The position numbers and the translations under genes are program-made. Of a stretch of 64,000 nt of DNA, positions 22,401 to 33,189 are shown one piece after another (within the stretch, counting starts at the first letter, position 1; each line of letters opens with the position of its first letter). The DNA is taken from positions 180,234,001-180,298,000 of the forward strand of contig CM075978.1 of NCBI GenBank assembly GCA_038087875.1, given 5' to 3'. This stretch comes from Malacoraja senta (Eukaryota). The notes beneath the pieces were generated by a model. It ran no database searches. It was not told the origin of the DNA and saw only the letters and a program-made list of their open reading frames with translations.

Positions 22401-24257
22401 ATAACCCTTAAAGGTTCCTTCCAGTTTCAACTATTTGGTCAAACAAGGACATGCAGGAAGCATTTTAAACGAGTTCTACATCAGATTAGAAATACAGCTG
22501 TGTAGTTGTTCAAACACGAGAGAGAGAAGTATGAATTGTATTATTTGTAGTGAAAGGCCAACGTGCAAGCTACTCAAAAACTAATACCTCATTCAATGCA
22601 TCCCGACTGAGATGAATTAACAACTTGAATTTATGTGCGGCTTATTTCATTGTAAACAATCGTGAGTATATGGGACTACGCGGCCAGATTCAGCTCAATT
22701 TCCATCTACAAATTTGCAGATGACACCACGGGTGTGGGCCGGATCGCAAACAATGGCATGTGCGTGTGTCCTTAGTTCTCGAATTCACTCTTAACCCCCT
22801 CTTTGACATTACCCATTGCTAAAATACTTCCTTGCATCTTCACCGTATCTGCACGCACGTCCTATTATGTGGATCGATGACAAATTATACTGTGTATAAT
22901 GCTTCTGCTTTTTTTTAAACTGATGTCTATTGCCTAGTGTAACAATATGAAATAAATAAATCTCTTCTTAACCTAAATCAATTATCCCCTATAGAAAGAG
23001 CTACTCTGTAACGTGACGCGTTTGCTTGATATTTAAAATTTCTATGTTTCTATGTTTCTAACCCATAATTGTTGCAATATGTATTTCCTACAATATTTTT
23101 TGGTAGGTTGGAGCGTCACTTTTCAATGCTCTGCCATTAGCTTCTACTCCCTGTATAATTAATGTCTCACGGTTTCTTATTTTTCACCTAATCCAGAAAG
23201 TACTTATAAAAGACTGATTCTCACACGTGCAGTGGGTGGATTGGTAATTTTGCTTTCGATTATAATTTTGACCAGATTAGCATGGACGGCACAACATGGT
23301 AAGCACCTTGGATTGTTCCGTTATTTCAATCCTATTTCTAGAAAAGAGAAAATATGCGTTTTTATTCGGAATTAAACAGAACGTCCATAGCATTTATCTA
23401 TTTGACAGTTGGCTATACCAGTGTAAATTGCGCCTTAAAATGCAATGATTTCACCATTCCATTCGAAGTATTCACTCCTGTCCTGAACCAATCCTTTGTG
23501 AACACCTGAGTTTATTCACCGAAATGTGTCCCTCGTGACAAAACGAGAGGAAACTGAGCGTCCGAGAGCAAAGTAACCAATTTCAATCTGTCCAAAAGGC
23601 CATGCCGGCTAATTGCAACAATCTGTGATCCGACTGACAAATGGAGGTGTATCAGTAAATTCAGAATGGGAATTTACACCGTGGGCTTGACAGATGAAAC
23701 TGGTTGCCAGCGATCAAACACAAATACATCAAAACGGCTCTGTGCAATATTAATACCACACATGGATAGTATCGTATGTGTTTAAGAATTTAACTAATCT
23801 CTCAATCTGGCCTTCAATGTCGCCTGTTTGACGTTTGTTCCTTCTCCTTATGACCCCGTGGATTTATTCCGGGTGTTCCTGTTTTCTAGCACATCCCAAA
23901 GATATGTGGAATGGTGGGTTAATTATCCCCTGTAAAATGCTCATCTGTTAGAGGACTTCTAAAATTTGGGGGCGGGGGAGAGGTTAATGACAATATGAAG
24001 CGAATAAAGTAGAATTTGGGTTAATGGGAGTTTGACGGTCGGCGCAGACTTGGATCCGCGTAATTACGACATAGTTCTGTGGACCATGATCGGCTCATGT
24101 GAAAATCGAGAAAAATATTGATATAAAATCCATATAACCTTTCTGCAAACTAAAATTGTTGAGTACCTTAGAATGTTATTGGAAAGAAAAACTATTGCTT
24201 TCCCGAGTCACTGAACGATGGACTAATGGCCGATATGAAATTACTTTCACAGACTAA
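19479..24257 (+). CDS. Gene B: paralogous leader-VJ-C1-TM receptor, predicted short-tailed activating type (~251 aa with TM2)
   Basis: Exons 19479-19533 (MSVQAIVRYIGLLALLCQG), 19749-20045 (V), 20778-21074 (C1), TM1 21899-22006 and/or TM2 23197-23298, terminal exon from 24253 (G+AC TAA). All open and GT-AG. The terminal exon choice is inferred. Confidence 0.72.
19749..20045 (+). CDS. Gene B IgV exon (protein-identical to gene A)
   Basis: Same translation as 3585-3881; only CTG>TTG and GGC>GGA differ. Confidence 0.93.
20778..21074 (+). CDS. Gene B Ig C1-set exon
   Basis: PPTPLKIVLFEGSAPHFPKLVCKTAAFYPEKLEVTWQRN...YTCLVSHESL; 297 nt, phase 1-1. Confidence 0.92.
21899..22006 (+). CDS. Gene B TM exon 1 (neutral, gene A-like)
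   Basis: DPETTNKTQILGCVVGGLLIVILIIFFTRFGLKTQQ; CGCCAG acceptor, G|GTAAGA donor, 108 nt. Confidence 0.78.
22140..22338 (+). mobile_element. CR1-type LINE 3' end between the two TM exons
   Basis: GAAGGGCCGAATGGCCTACTCCTGCACCTATTGTCTATTGTC tail; internal duplication of TCTTCAAGAGAGAGCTAGATAGGGC. Confidence 0.8.
23197..23298 (+). CDS. Gene B TM exon 2 (Arg-containing)
   Basis: ESTYKRLILTRAVGGLVILLSIIILTRLAWTAQH; ATCCAG acceptor, G|GTAAGC donor, 102 nt, phase 1-1. Not in the supplied ORF track. Confidence 0.75.
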
Positions 24258-24365
24258 AGGAGGGGGAGCCAACAAGCTGCTCCGCAGCTTCCCAACTACA
24301 ATAAAAAATCAGCAACTAAGCAAAACGGCAAACACGCAAAGGTTTCAAAGAAAGCGAGAAGTTGA
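24253..24365 (+). pseudogene. Decayed homologue of the gene A terminal ITIM exon
   Basis: Same TTTCACAG|AC(C/T)AAA start and AAAGGTTTCAA..AAAGCGAGAAGTTGA end as 8446-8583, but 25 nt shorter with both ITIM Tyr codons lost. Confidence 0.8.
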
Positions 24366-24869
24366 GAACCAACACACACTTCGTTTTTTGTGGACTATAA
24401 GGAATTACAGGTTCGAAGTATTGTTCCTTTGTATCCACTGCGTGCAGTCAAAACAACGATCGAGATCACAGGCATTATGATAAACTGCAGAAATTGTCGC
24501 TGAACATGTCAATTTACGGAGTGTTCAATGTTGAAAGCGATTGCAGTTTAAAGCGGATAGCAAAACTAAACACCTGCGCTCGTTTATTTAGGATGCTTTC
24601 AAACAACATTACAGATGGCGAGACTTCATGAACATTTCGCAACTCATTTCAAACCAAATGCCAATTAATTACATTTTAAAACGAAATAACTTTCCTTTCA
24701 TTAAATCACTTGCTTTTCCAAATCAAGCCATGGTTTATAGTTTATCAGCTGTTATGAAATGCGACTGCGTGGAGACAATCTACAGAAGGAACATTATCGC
24801 TGAACCGACAGAAGGCACATTGGAAGTCAGAGCATTTAATACAGACGTTGGGAGGCCATGTTGCAGTAG

Positions 24870-26772
24870 CATAAGAAACATAGAAACATAGAAAATAGGT
24901 ACAGGAGGAGGCCATTCGGCCCTTCGAGCCAGCACCGCCATTCATTGCGATCATGGCTGATCGTCCCCAATCAATAACCCGTGCCTGTCTTCTCCCCATA
25001 TCCCTTGATTCCACTAGCCACTAGAGGTCTATCTATCCAGCGATTTGGCCTCCACTGCCCTCTGTGGTAGGGAATTCCACAAATTCACAACTCTCTGGGT
25101 GAAAACGTTTTTTTCTCACCTCAGTCTTAAATGGCCTCCCCTTTATTCTAAGACTGTGGCCCCTGGTTCTGGACTCGCCCAACATTGGGAACATGTTTCC
25201 TGCATCTAGCTTGTCCAGTCCTTTTATAATTTTATATGTTTCTATAAGAATCCCCCCCCCCCTCATCCTTCCAAACTCAAGTGAATACCTCTTTTCAATC
25301 TTTCCTCATATGACGGGTTCGAAGTATTGTTCCTTTGTATCCATTTGATACTGTCGACCACACCATCCTAATTGACCGTCTCCGGTATGGGGTTGGTATT
25401 GATGGCACTGCCCTGAGCTGGTTCATCTCCTACCTCAAAGGTAGGAGTTTCTCGACTAACATAGGCAACTCTTTCTCCTCCCCAGCTAATCTCTGCTGTG
25501 GGGTTCCACAACGTTCCATCCATGGCCCCATTCTCTTCTCCCTGTATATGCTCCCCTTAGGCCAAGTCATTGAAAGGCACGGCATTTCCTTCCATTGCTA
25601 TGCAGACGATACACAACTCTATCTCCCCCTGAAGCCCAACAACCAATCAAATCTGTTTAACCTTACCCACTGTCTCGAGGATATAAAGTGTTGGATGGCC
25701 CAGAACTTCCTCCAACTAAACGAGAGTAAGTCTGAGGTCATCCTTCTCGGCCCCTCGGACTCAATCAAAATGATAGCAGGCAGCCTTGGAAGCCTTACCC
25801 CACTACTCAAACCTCACGTCAAAAACCTTGGTGTGATATTTGACTCAGCACTGAAATTTGACAAACAAGTCAATGCCGTGGTAAAAGCTAGCTTCTTTCA
25901 GCTTCGGACGATAGCTAAAATAAAACAATTCCTCCAGTTTGATGACCTCGAAAAGATCATCCACACATTCATCTCCTCCCGCCTAGATTACTGCAACTCC
26001 CTTTACACTGGCATCAGCCAATCTTCCCTGTCCCGCCTGCAACTGGTCCAAAACGCCGCAGCGAGACTCCTGACGGGCACCCGAAAAAGGGACCACATCA
26101 CCCCGATCCTGGCCTCTCTCCACTGTCTCCCTGTGCGGTTCCGTATAAACTTCAAGATCCTCCTCCATGTCTACAAAGCCCTCAATGGGCTTGCCCCCAT
26201 CTACATAAAAAGTCTTCTCACCCACCACTCCACCTCCAGGCCCCTCAGATCGGCCGACTTGGGGTTGCTGAAAATCCCACGGTCTAGGCATAAGCTCAGG
26301 GGCGACCGCGCCTTTGCGGTTGCAGCCCCTAGACTGTGGAACAGCATCCCCTTTCCCTTCAGAACTGCCCCCTCCATCGACTCTTTTAAGTCAAAACTAA
26401 AGACTTACCTATACTCCCAATCCTTTCCTGACGTCCTCTGAGTGAGGGCTACATGTATATATGTATGTAGTTTGTTTTGTTTGTGCTATTCTTATAACAA
26501 ATGTAAAGCACTTTGGCCAACGAGAGTTGTTTTTTAAATGTGCTATATAAATAAATGTGACTTGACCTGACTTGACTTGACTTGACAGTCCCGCCATCTC
26601 AGGGATCAATCTCCCTACGCTGCGCAGCCTCACTCACAAGGATGTCCTTCCTCAAATTAGGAGACCAAAACTGTACGCAATACTCCAGATGTGGTCTTAC
26701 CAGAGCCCTATACAACTGCAGAAGAACCTCTCTACTCCTATACTGAAATCCTCTTGTTATGAAGGCCAACAT
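24870..26772 (-). mobile_element. CR1-type LINE 3' fragment split by an L2 insertion
   Basis: CR1 text ...TCCTCATATGAC (25314) resumes as AGTCCCGCCATC (26587). Confidence 0.8.
25344..26586 (+). mobile_element. L2-clade LINE, 5'-truncated, open RT/C-terminal ORF
   Basis: FDTVDHTILIDRL...GVPQ...YADDTQLY...ISSRLDYCNSL...APRLWNSIP*, stop at 26441; (GACTT)n tail. Confidence 0.9.
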
Positions 26773-28379
26773 AAGACGTTGGTGAAGACGCATTTTAATG
26801 TATTGTGTTCAGTGTTGGGCATCGTGTTATAGGAAATATGTTGTCAAGCTGGAAAGAGTGCAGAGAAGATATACGAAGATATGCTGGGACTCGAGGGCCT
26901 GAGCGAAATGGGGAGGTTGAGCAAGCTTGGACTCTATTCCTTGGAGAGAAGGAGGATGAATACTGAGGTAAATACAATCATGAGAGGAATAGATCTACGT
27001 TTTCTTAATAATTGCCATAGGTTTCACTGAACCTACTCCCCCGGTATATCGGCGCTGATTTGTTTTTAGGCGACTTTAACCACGTTTTATTTTAATAAAA
27101 CTGCAGCTATTTACATGGACTAAAATATAGCTCCCAACTGGAGCCGCCACGCTGAGAGGATTGGCTCGATCTTCGGAGCCTATTGATCAATAGAACAAAG
27201 ACAGGAGGGGGGGGGGGTATCCAAGGCTATTCCACTGTTCGAGTTGATCATGGCTGATCTGGTTGTAACCTCAACTTCGTATCTCTGTCGAACGCTGATA
27301 TCCTTTCACTCACCATTCCTCCCCTCCAAACACACGCGCACAATCACACACACAGTCTTGCTAATCAAGGATCTGCTCACCAGGTTTCATAGATTAGTAA
27401 TGTTTTGCAAATTATCTACAAGGTCTAGAATTTTTGGACCTCAGAGCTCTGCGATTTCACAAATTTTAGATTCTGTTTCTTCATCCAATTTCCCGTCAAC
27501 GCAGAAACATTCGACCCTTATTATCTATTTGCTATATGTTTATCACTCAGATTAGATTATCTTGGTGTATTATCACATGCAGCAGCATGCTATGAAATTC
27601 CTTGTTTGCATGAAACTCATACAGTAAACAATACGTATAACGTGAACGCTCAGTCATTTTCCCAAGGTAGGGAATTCTAAAACTGAAGGGCATGAGCTGA
27701 AAGCTGAGAGGTAAGAGACTTAGTGTGGATCTCGGGGGCTAGAATATTCAGCAAAACACAAAGTTCTAGTGGAACTCGAAGGGTCAAAGGGTCAGACAGC
27801 ATCTGCAGAAGGAAATAAACAGACGATGTTTCGGGTCGCGACCTTTCCTCAGTCTGCAGAAGAAATACTCATTGCGGACCTTGCACATCTCCTTCAATTC
27901 CACACAGAGATGGCCGATTTGGTTTGAAAGGGGCGCTGTTCTTTCTCTATTCACCCGCTTTCTTTTAATGTATTTATAAAATATCTTTGGATTTCCCATA
28001 ATATTATTTACCAGAGCTATTTCCCACCCCCTTTTTTGTCCTTCTGATTTCCTTCTTAAGCATGCTCCGCAATTCCCTAAACTGTTCCAGAGATACACTT
28101 CGCCCCAGCTTCTTATACTTGTCCCATGGCTCCTTCTTTTTATTTTTTGAACAGCGCCTCAATTTCTCCTGTCATCCAAGCTTCCTGCTCCCACCTGCTT
28201 TGCCCTTCACTCGAACAGAAACACGTATGCCCTGAACTCCGGTCACCACACTTGGAAAAAACCCACCGCAATTACCATACGTTTCTTTGCCCGAAAACAA
28301 CCTACTCCGATAAACTTGAGCAAGTTCCTGTCTACTACCATCACCATAGATGGCTTTGTATAACATTTTCTGCAGCTTC

Positions 28380-28890
28380 CTATCATAGAGTCATACACCT
28401 CAGAAACAGGGCCTTCGGCCAAACTTGGCCATGATGACCAAGTTGTCCCTTCTACACTACATGTTTGGCCCATATCCTTCTACACTTTCTCTATCCATGT
28501 ACCTGGCTAAATGCCTTTTAACTCTTGTTATAGCACCTTCCTCAACTACCGCTTCTGGCAGCTCGTTCCATTTACCCACCATGCTCTGTATGAAAACATG
28601 CACTTCGGTTCCTATTAAAACTTTCCTCTCTCACCTTGAATCCATGAACCCTGGTTCTTGATTACTATGGGTAGAAGACTCTTTGTTTTTGCCCTATCTC
28701 TGCTCCTCATGATATCATACACTTCCCCAAGATCACCCCTCACCCTCCTGCGCTCCAAAGGATAAAGTCCTAATCTGTCTAACATCTTCCTGCAGCACCA
28801 GCCCTCAAGTCCTGGCAACATCCTCGTAAAGTTATCTGCGCTCCTGCCAGCATAAAAACATTCTCCTATAACAGGGTGACCAAAACTTCC
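28380..28890 (-). mobile_element. CR1-type LINE 3' fragment
   Basis: MLDRLGLYPLERRRVRGDLGEVYDIMRS on the minus strand. Confidence 0.7.
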
Positions 28891-28989
28891 TATCGTTCTG
28901 CATCATTTTAATAAGCGAGTTCGGTATTACAACTGCGCATGCCTAGGTCCTGGGTCATTCGGGATAAACATTCTCGCCAGCTGAGCTAC

Positions 28990-30194
28990 TGTGTGTGTAT
29001 GGACTCGTTGGGTCCCTGTCACACAGGAGGCTTGGTCCCCCAATGCAATATTGCATCACTCACCCATAGCCCCCAACTGCACAGGCGCAGCTCATTTTCC
29101 CTCATCCCTAGCACTCTCCCCCCTCCTCTTCACCCTCCCTCTTCACTCCCCTCTCCTCCCCCCTCCCCCAATCCCCCCCTTAACCTCTCTCTCCCTCTCC
29201 TTTCTCTTACCCTCAGTCACTTCCTCCCTCACTCCATAACTCCTCTCCCCTCCCTAACCCCCATCCTCTCCCTCTACCCCCCCTCCCCCCCCACTCTTCC
29301 TCCTCACCTCTTCCCTTTCCTCCTATACGTCCCCCAAATCTTCCCTCGCCTCTCCTTTGCCCCCCTCAGTCACTCTCTCCCTCCCTCCATAACTCCTCTC
29401 CCCCCCAATCCCCTTCTCTCCCACTATCCCCCCTCTTCCCCCACTCTCCCCTCTCCTCCCTCACTCTCCCTCCTCAGGGTCTCGAGGTTGCCGCTCCTCT
29501 CCCTTCTTGCGTTCCCCGGAGGAGCATCAGCAGTCAGCGCCCTCAGAGCCAGGCCTCGGTTCGGCCCGGAAGTACCAACAGCCACGGCTGCGCCGGCGCG
29601 TAGGCAGGGGGAGGGGGAAGGGGGGGTGGGAGAGCTCAGAGAAAAGAAGGGGGAAGAGTCATGTGGGGTGTCACGTGGGAGGGGGCAGGAGCCAGTGAGG
29701 GGCACGAGAGGGGTAGGGGCTGGAGTTGCGATGGTGGTGCGTTTGGGACTCACAGCGGGCGCTGGACGCTCTCCTCTGCCTGGATCAGATTCACCGCTTT
29801 CTGTTTGGCGACATCTGCCATGCCACGCCGCTTCCGGTCCCTCCGAATATTAGGTCCGTTTGGAGACCTCCGCCGGCCACCCACAGCGTCCCTCGGCGCC
29901 AGTAAAAACGCGATGGCGCAGGAAGGGACGGACCGACCTGCGGAGTGACAGGAAACGAGACAAATCCGCGCGGCGCTGACTGGCAGGAGAGGAGATCGAT
30001 CTGCGCCTGCGCGGCTACACAAATTTTTAAACCTCGCTAACGTTTGCAATATACCACCGATCGGAACGAAACTTGTTGCATTGGCGGCACAGGACAACGG
30101 TGAGTGAGAAAAATCGAAGCACTGTCACGTACCACTTTTGCGCAAATAGAAAGATTATGCACCCGAAGAGTACAAGTTCAGAGCTTTAGTTATG
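28990..30194. mobile_element. Unclassified dispersed repeat with a C-rich tract and CpG-rich segment (runs into the gap)
   Basis: The first ~150 bp (CCCCCAA.GCAATATTGCA.CACTCAC.CATAG.CCCCAACTGC.CAGGCGC.GCTCATTT) recurs at 58500-58650. Confidence 0.55.
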
Positions 30195-30499
30195 NNNNNN
30201 NNNNNNNNNNNNNNNNNNNNNNNNNNNNNNNNNNNNNNNNNNNNNNNNNNNNNNNNNNNNNNNNNNNNNNNNNNNNNNNNNNNNNNNNNNNNNNNNNNNN
30301 NNNNNNNNNNNNNNNNNNNNNNNNNNNNNNNNNNNNNNNNNNNNNNNNNNNNNNNNNNNNNNNNNNNNNNNNNNNNNNNNNNNNNNNNNNNNNNNNNNNN
30401 NNNNNNNNNNNNNNNNNNNNNNNNNNNNNNNNNNNNNNNNNNNNNNNNNNNNNNNNNNNNNNNNNNNNNNNNNNNNNNNNNNNNNNNNNNNNNNNNNNN
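30195..30499. other. Assembly gap (305 N)
   Basis: Run of N. Confidence 1.
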
Positions 30500-30853
30500 T
30501 AACCAACCTGATCTCCTGGTGGCTCAGCACTTCACCTCCTCCTCCCATTGCAAATCTGACTTTTCTGGCCTGGGCCTCCTCCATGGCCAGAGTGAGTCCC
30601 ACTGCAAATTGGAGGAGCAGCACCTCATATTTCGCTTGGGTAGTTTACACCCCGGCGGTATGAACATTGACCTCCAATTTCAGGTAGTCTTTGCTTTCGC
30701 CCTCCTTACCCTCCTCTTCCCAGCTCTCCTAGAACCTCTGTCTCTGCCTCTTCCTTTCTTCCCCCCCCCCCCACATTAGTCTGAAGAAGGGTCTCGACCC
30801 AAAACGTTGCTTATTCCTTTGCTCCATAGATGCTGCCTCACCCGCTGAGTTTC
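30500..30853 (+). mobile_element. Penelope-like element 3' end (GIY-YIG C-terminus)
   Basis: QPDLLVAQHFTSSSHCKSDFSGLGLLHGQSESHCKLEEQHLIFRLGSLHPGGMNI. Confidence 0.75.
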
Positions 30854-30988
30854 NNNNNNNNNNNNNNNNNNNNNNNNNNNNNNNNNNNNNNNNNNNNNNN
30901 NNNNNNNNNNNNNNNNNNNNNNNNNNNNNNNNNNNNNNNNNNNNNNNNNNNNNNNNNNNNNNNNNNNNNNNNNNNNNNNNNNNNNNNN
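30854..30988. other. Assembly gap (135 N)
   Basis: Run of N. Confidence 1.
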
Positions 30989-33106
30989 AGCAGTAGGCCA
31001 CAGCTTACTGCAGGCTGCACAAATCCACAATTGTATCTATTTAAATTATTGACTCAATACAGCACCAGTCTTCAATACGCAAGAATGCCTGGAATGAACC
31101 TGTCAATTATCAAATCCCTGGCATTAACCTGTGTCACAGCCATTCAAATTCGATATTGATTTACACGAATTACAAGCTGTGTGGTCAACCAATTTGAGAC
31201 AGTCCTTACATTCCTATCTAAACAACCTTCCTGGATTGAAGGAAACAAGGAGAATCTGCTGTGTTGGGGATAGGTTGGAAAGTTCAGATTGGATTCCAAC
31301 AGGCTGGTTAAACTTTCGAGGTGCCTTGGCTTAAATAAAGATGCTATCACTTTAACCTCTGGGGCTGGTTCCAGTCTGTCAGGGCACATAGTTGGGAGCC
31401 GGGTGGTGATAATTATGAGAATCTGCAGCCATTTGAACTGCAGCCAAACTAGAGGCTTCACTAGGGAGTGGGTCACACCTCCCCAGCTGATGGGCCCTTT
31501 CTCGCTCTCTTTGAAGGAGGCGCCGCCCACCCCATCAAGTAAGCAGAGCCAACCCGTAATACGAGTGGGAGCATTTTCTCAGTCAGACTTCGGCGGAAGT
31601 TAGGGTGGGGGATCTGGGAGAGAGAGAGCTGGTGATGCTGCACAGATGGAACAGTTTAATAATGACCCATTAAAATCCACCCTTCAGCCACTCGGCAACC
31701 TGGGCTGAACGGATCTGACCTCCACCAAACCTTTGGGCTTTGGGTAACACCTGCAGAAAGAGCCTCTGCTAACAAGGGCTGGTGAACTGTGCTGGTGAAT
31801 GTGCACTGGGCGAGATGGCTGGGGGAAACGCACCGGAACCACCGCAGACTTGGAACACTCCACTCAATCTATTCAATACTAAAGGGCGGGCATTTCGCAG
31901 TTAAATGTCTTATATCGGATTGGCGGCTCCTTCAGTGGGCCAGCACTTTACTCAGTTTTCCTCGGAGATTAATCTTTGCCTGAATGGTACATTCACACCG
32001 CCTGTAGGTAAAGCATCAGCCGACATCACACCGATACAGTCGCTGCCTGCCTCAGATTAAATATATTAGTACACATAAATTATGAATAAGACAATGTTTC
32101 AAACATGTAATATTTTCTTATTTCAGTAGCAAATTGTATGACTGACCTGGCCAGTGAAATTTCACTACACCAATTGGTGTATGTGACAATAAAAGAACCT
32201 TATGAACCTTATGAACCTTATGAACCCTTATGAAACACATTAAAGATTCAATGAAAATAATAAATTCTTTAACTTTTTGAATATCTCATAATTGCAGATT
32301 AATGAATTGAACTAGAACTGGGACGGTGTAAGTAGTGTGTGAACAGCAGAACAAGAAAGGAAGAAATCGAGTTGACAGAATTCTAGATTAATTCCTTGGT
32401 AGAATAGTAAACAATTTATACACAGTTTATACAGCGCTGCGTTCACTTTTATTATCTCGAATGACCTTTGACAAATCCCATAATTCCTTACGTTTATCGA
32501 GATACCAAACTCGCTTATTCTACGAGGGATGCACAACCGAAACATAAGAATAACCTTTCAGGCAATCACAGTGCAATTGGGGAGATAGTTATACACATGG
32601 GAACCTCGTTCTCGAGTTCCTATCATGAAGAGTTATCCTGGATTTTCTCGATTTATCTGCGCAAACGATTGCTTTTCAATTTTAGACCGCAGTGTATCTC
32701 AGGTCAAAAGTTTTCATCTGGCGAAAGGGAGGAGACCAAACTCGATTTCTCACCCTTCCATGTAAAATTGAATCAAATCCATTATAAAAGGAGAATACTG
32801 GAAGTACTGAGTAAACCCACAACATCCGTGATAACAGAGCATTCTATGTATTTATAACGGATTTCATGTATATGTATTTTTAATTGAATCACATTATCAG
32901 TCTCTGTCATATGATGGATCTTTACTTTTGTTGTCTGGTGTGGTATAAAGACCTCATAATATTAACCAGAAAATGCACATTGTGGTGTTAGAAATTTGAC
33001 AATAAGGCTGTTAAAGTTGTCTTCTGTGTCCTGGTTCTGTGGACCAGAAATAACAAGCAGAATTTTCAGTCCACTCAGTCTAGTTACAGAGTGCATGCAT
33101 GTAAAT

Positions 33107-33189
33107 TTCAGTTAAAGTCGAATCACGGTTCAGTTAAAGTCGAATCACGGTTCAGTTAAAGTCGAATCACGGTTCAGTTAAAGTCGAAT
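33107..33189. repeat. Perfect 22-bp tandem repeat x3.8
   Basis: TTCAGTTAAAGTCGAATCACGG. Confidence 0.95.

Noticed and set aside
28939-30097. 304-aa Pro/Leu/Ser-rich ORF and a CpG-island-like segment with an ETS motif (CCGGAAGT), suggesting a gene promoter
   Set aside because: The ORF is low-complexity translation, and the segment belongs to a dispersed repeat whose head recurs at 58500.
30104-31159. ORFs containing long X runs
   Set aside because: Artefacts of translating across assembly gaps.
32468-32857. 129-aa ORF with an internal acceptor-like site
   Set aside because: No Ig, TM or tyrosine-motif signature, and no convincing homology to genes A-D.
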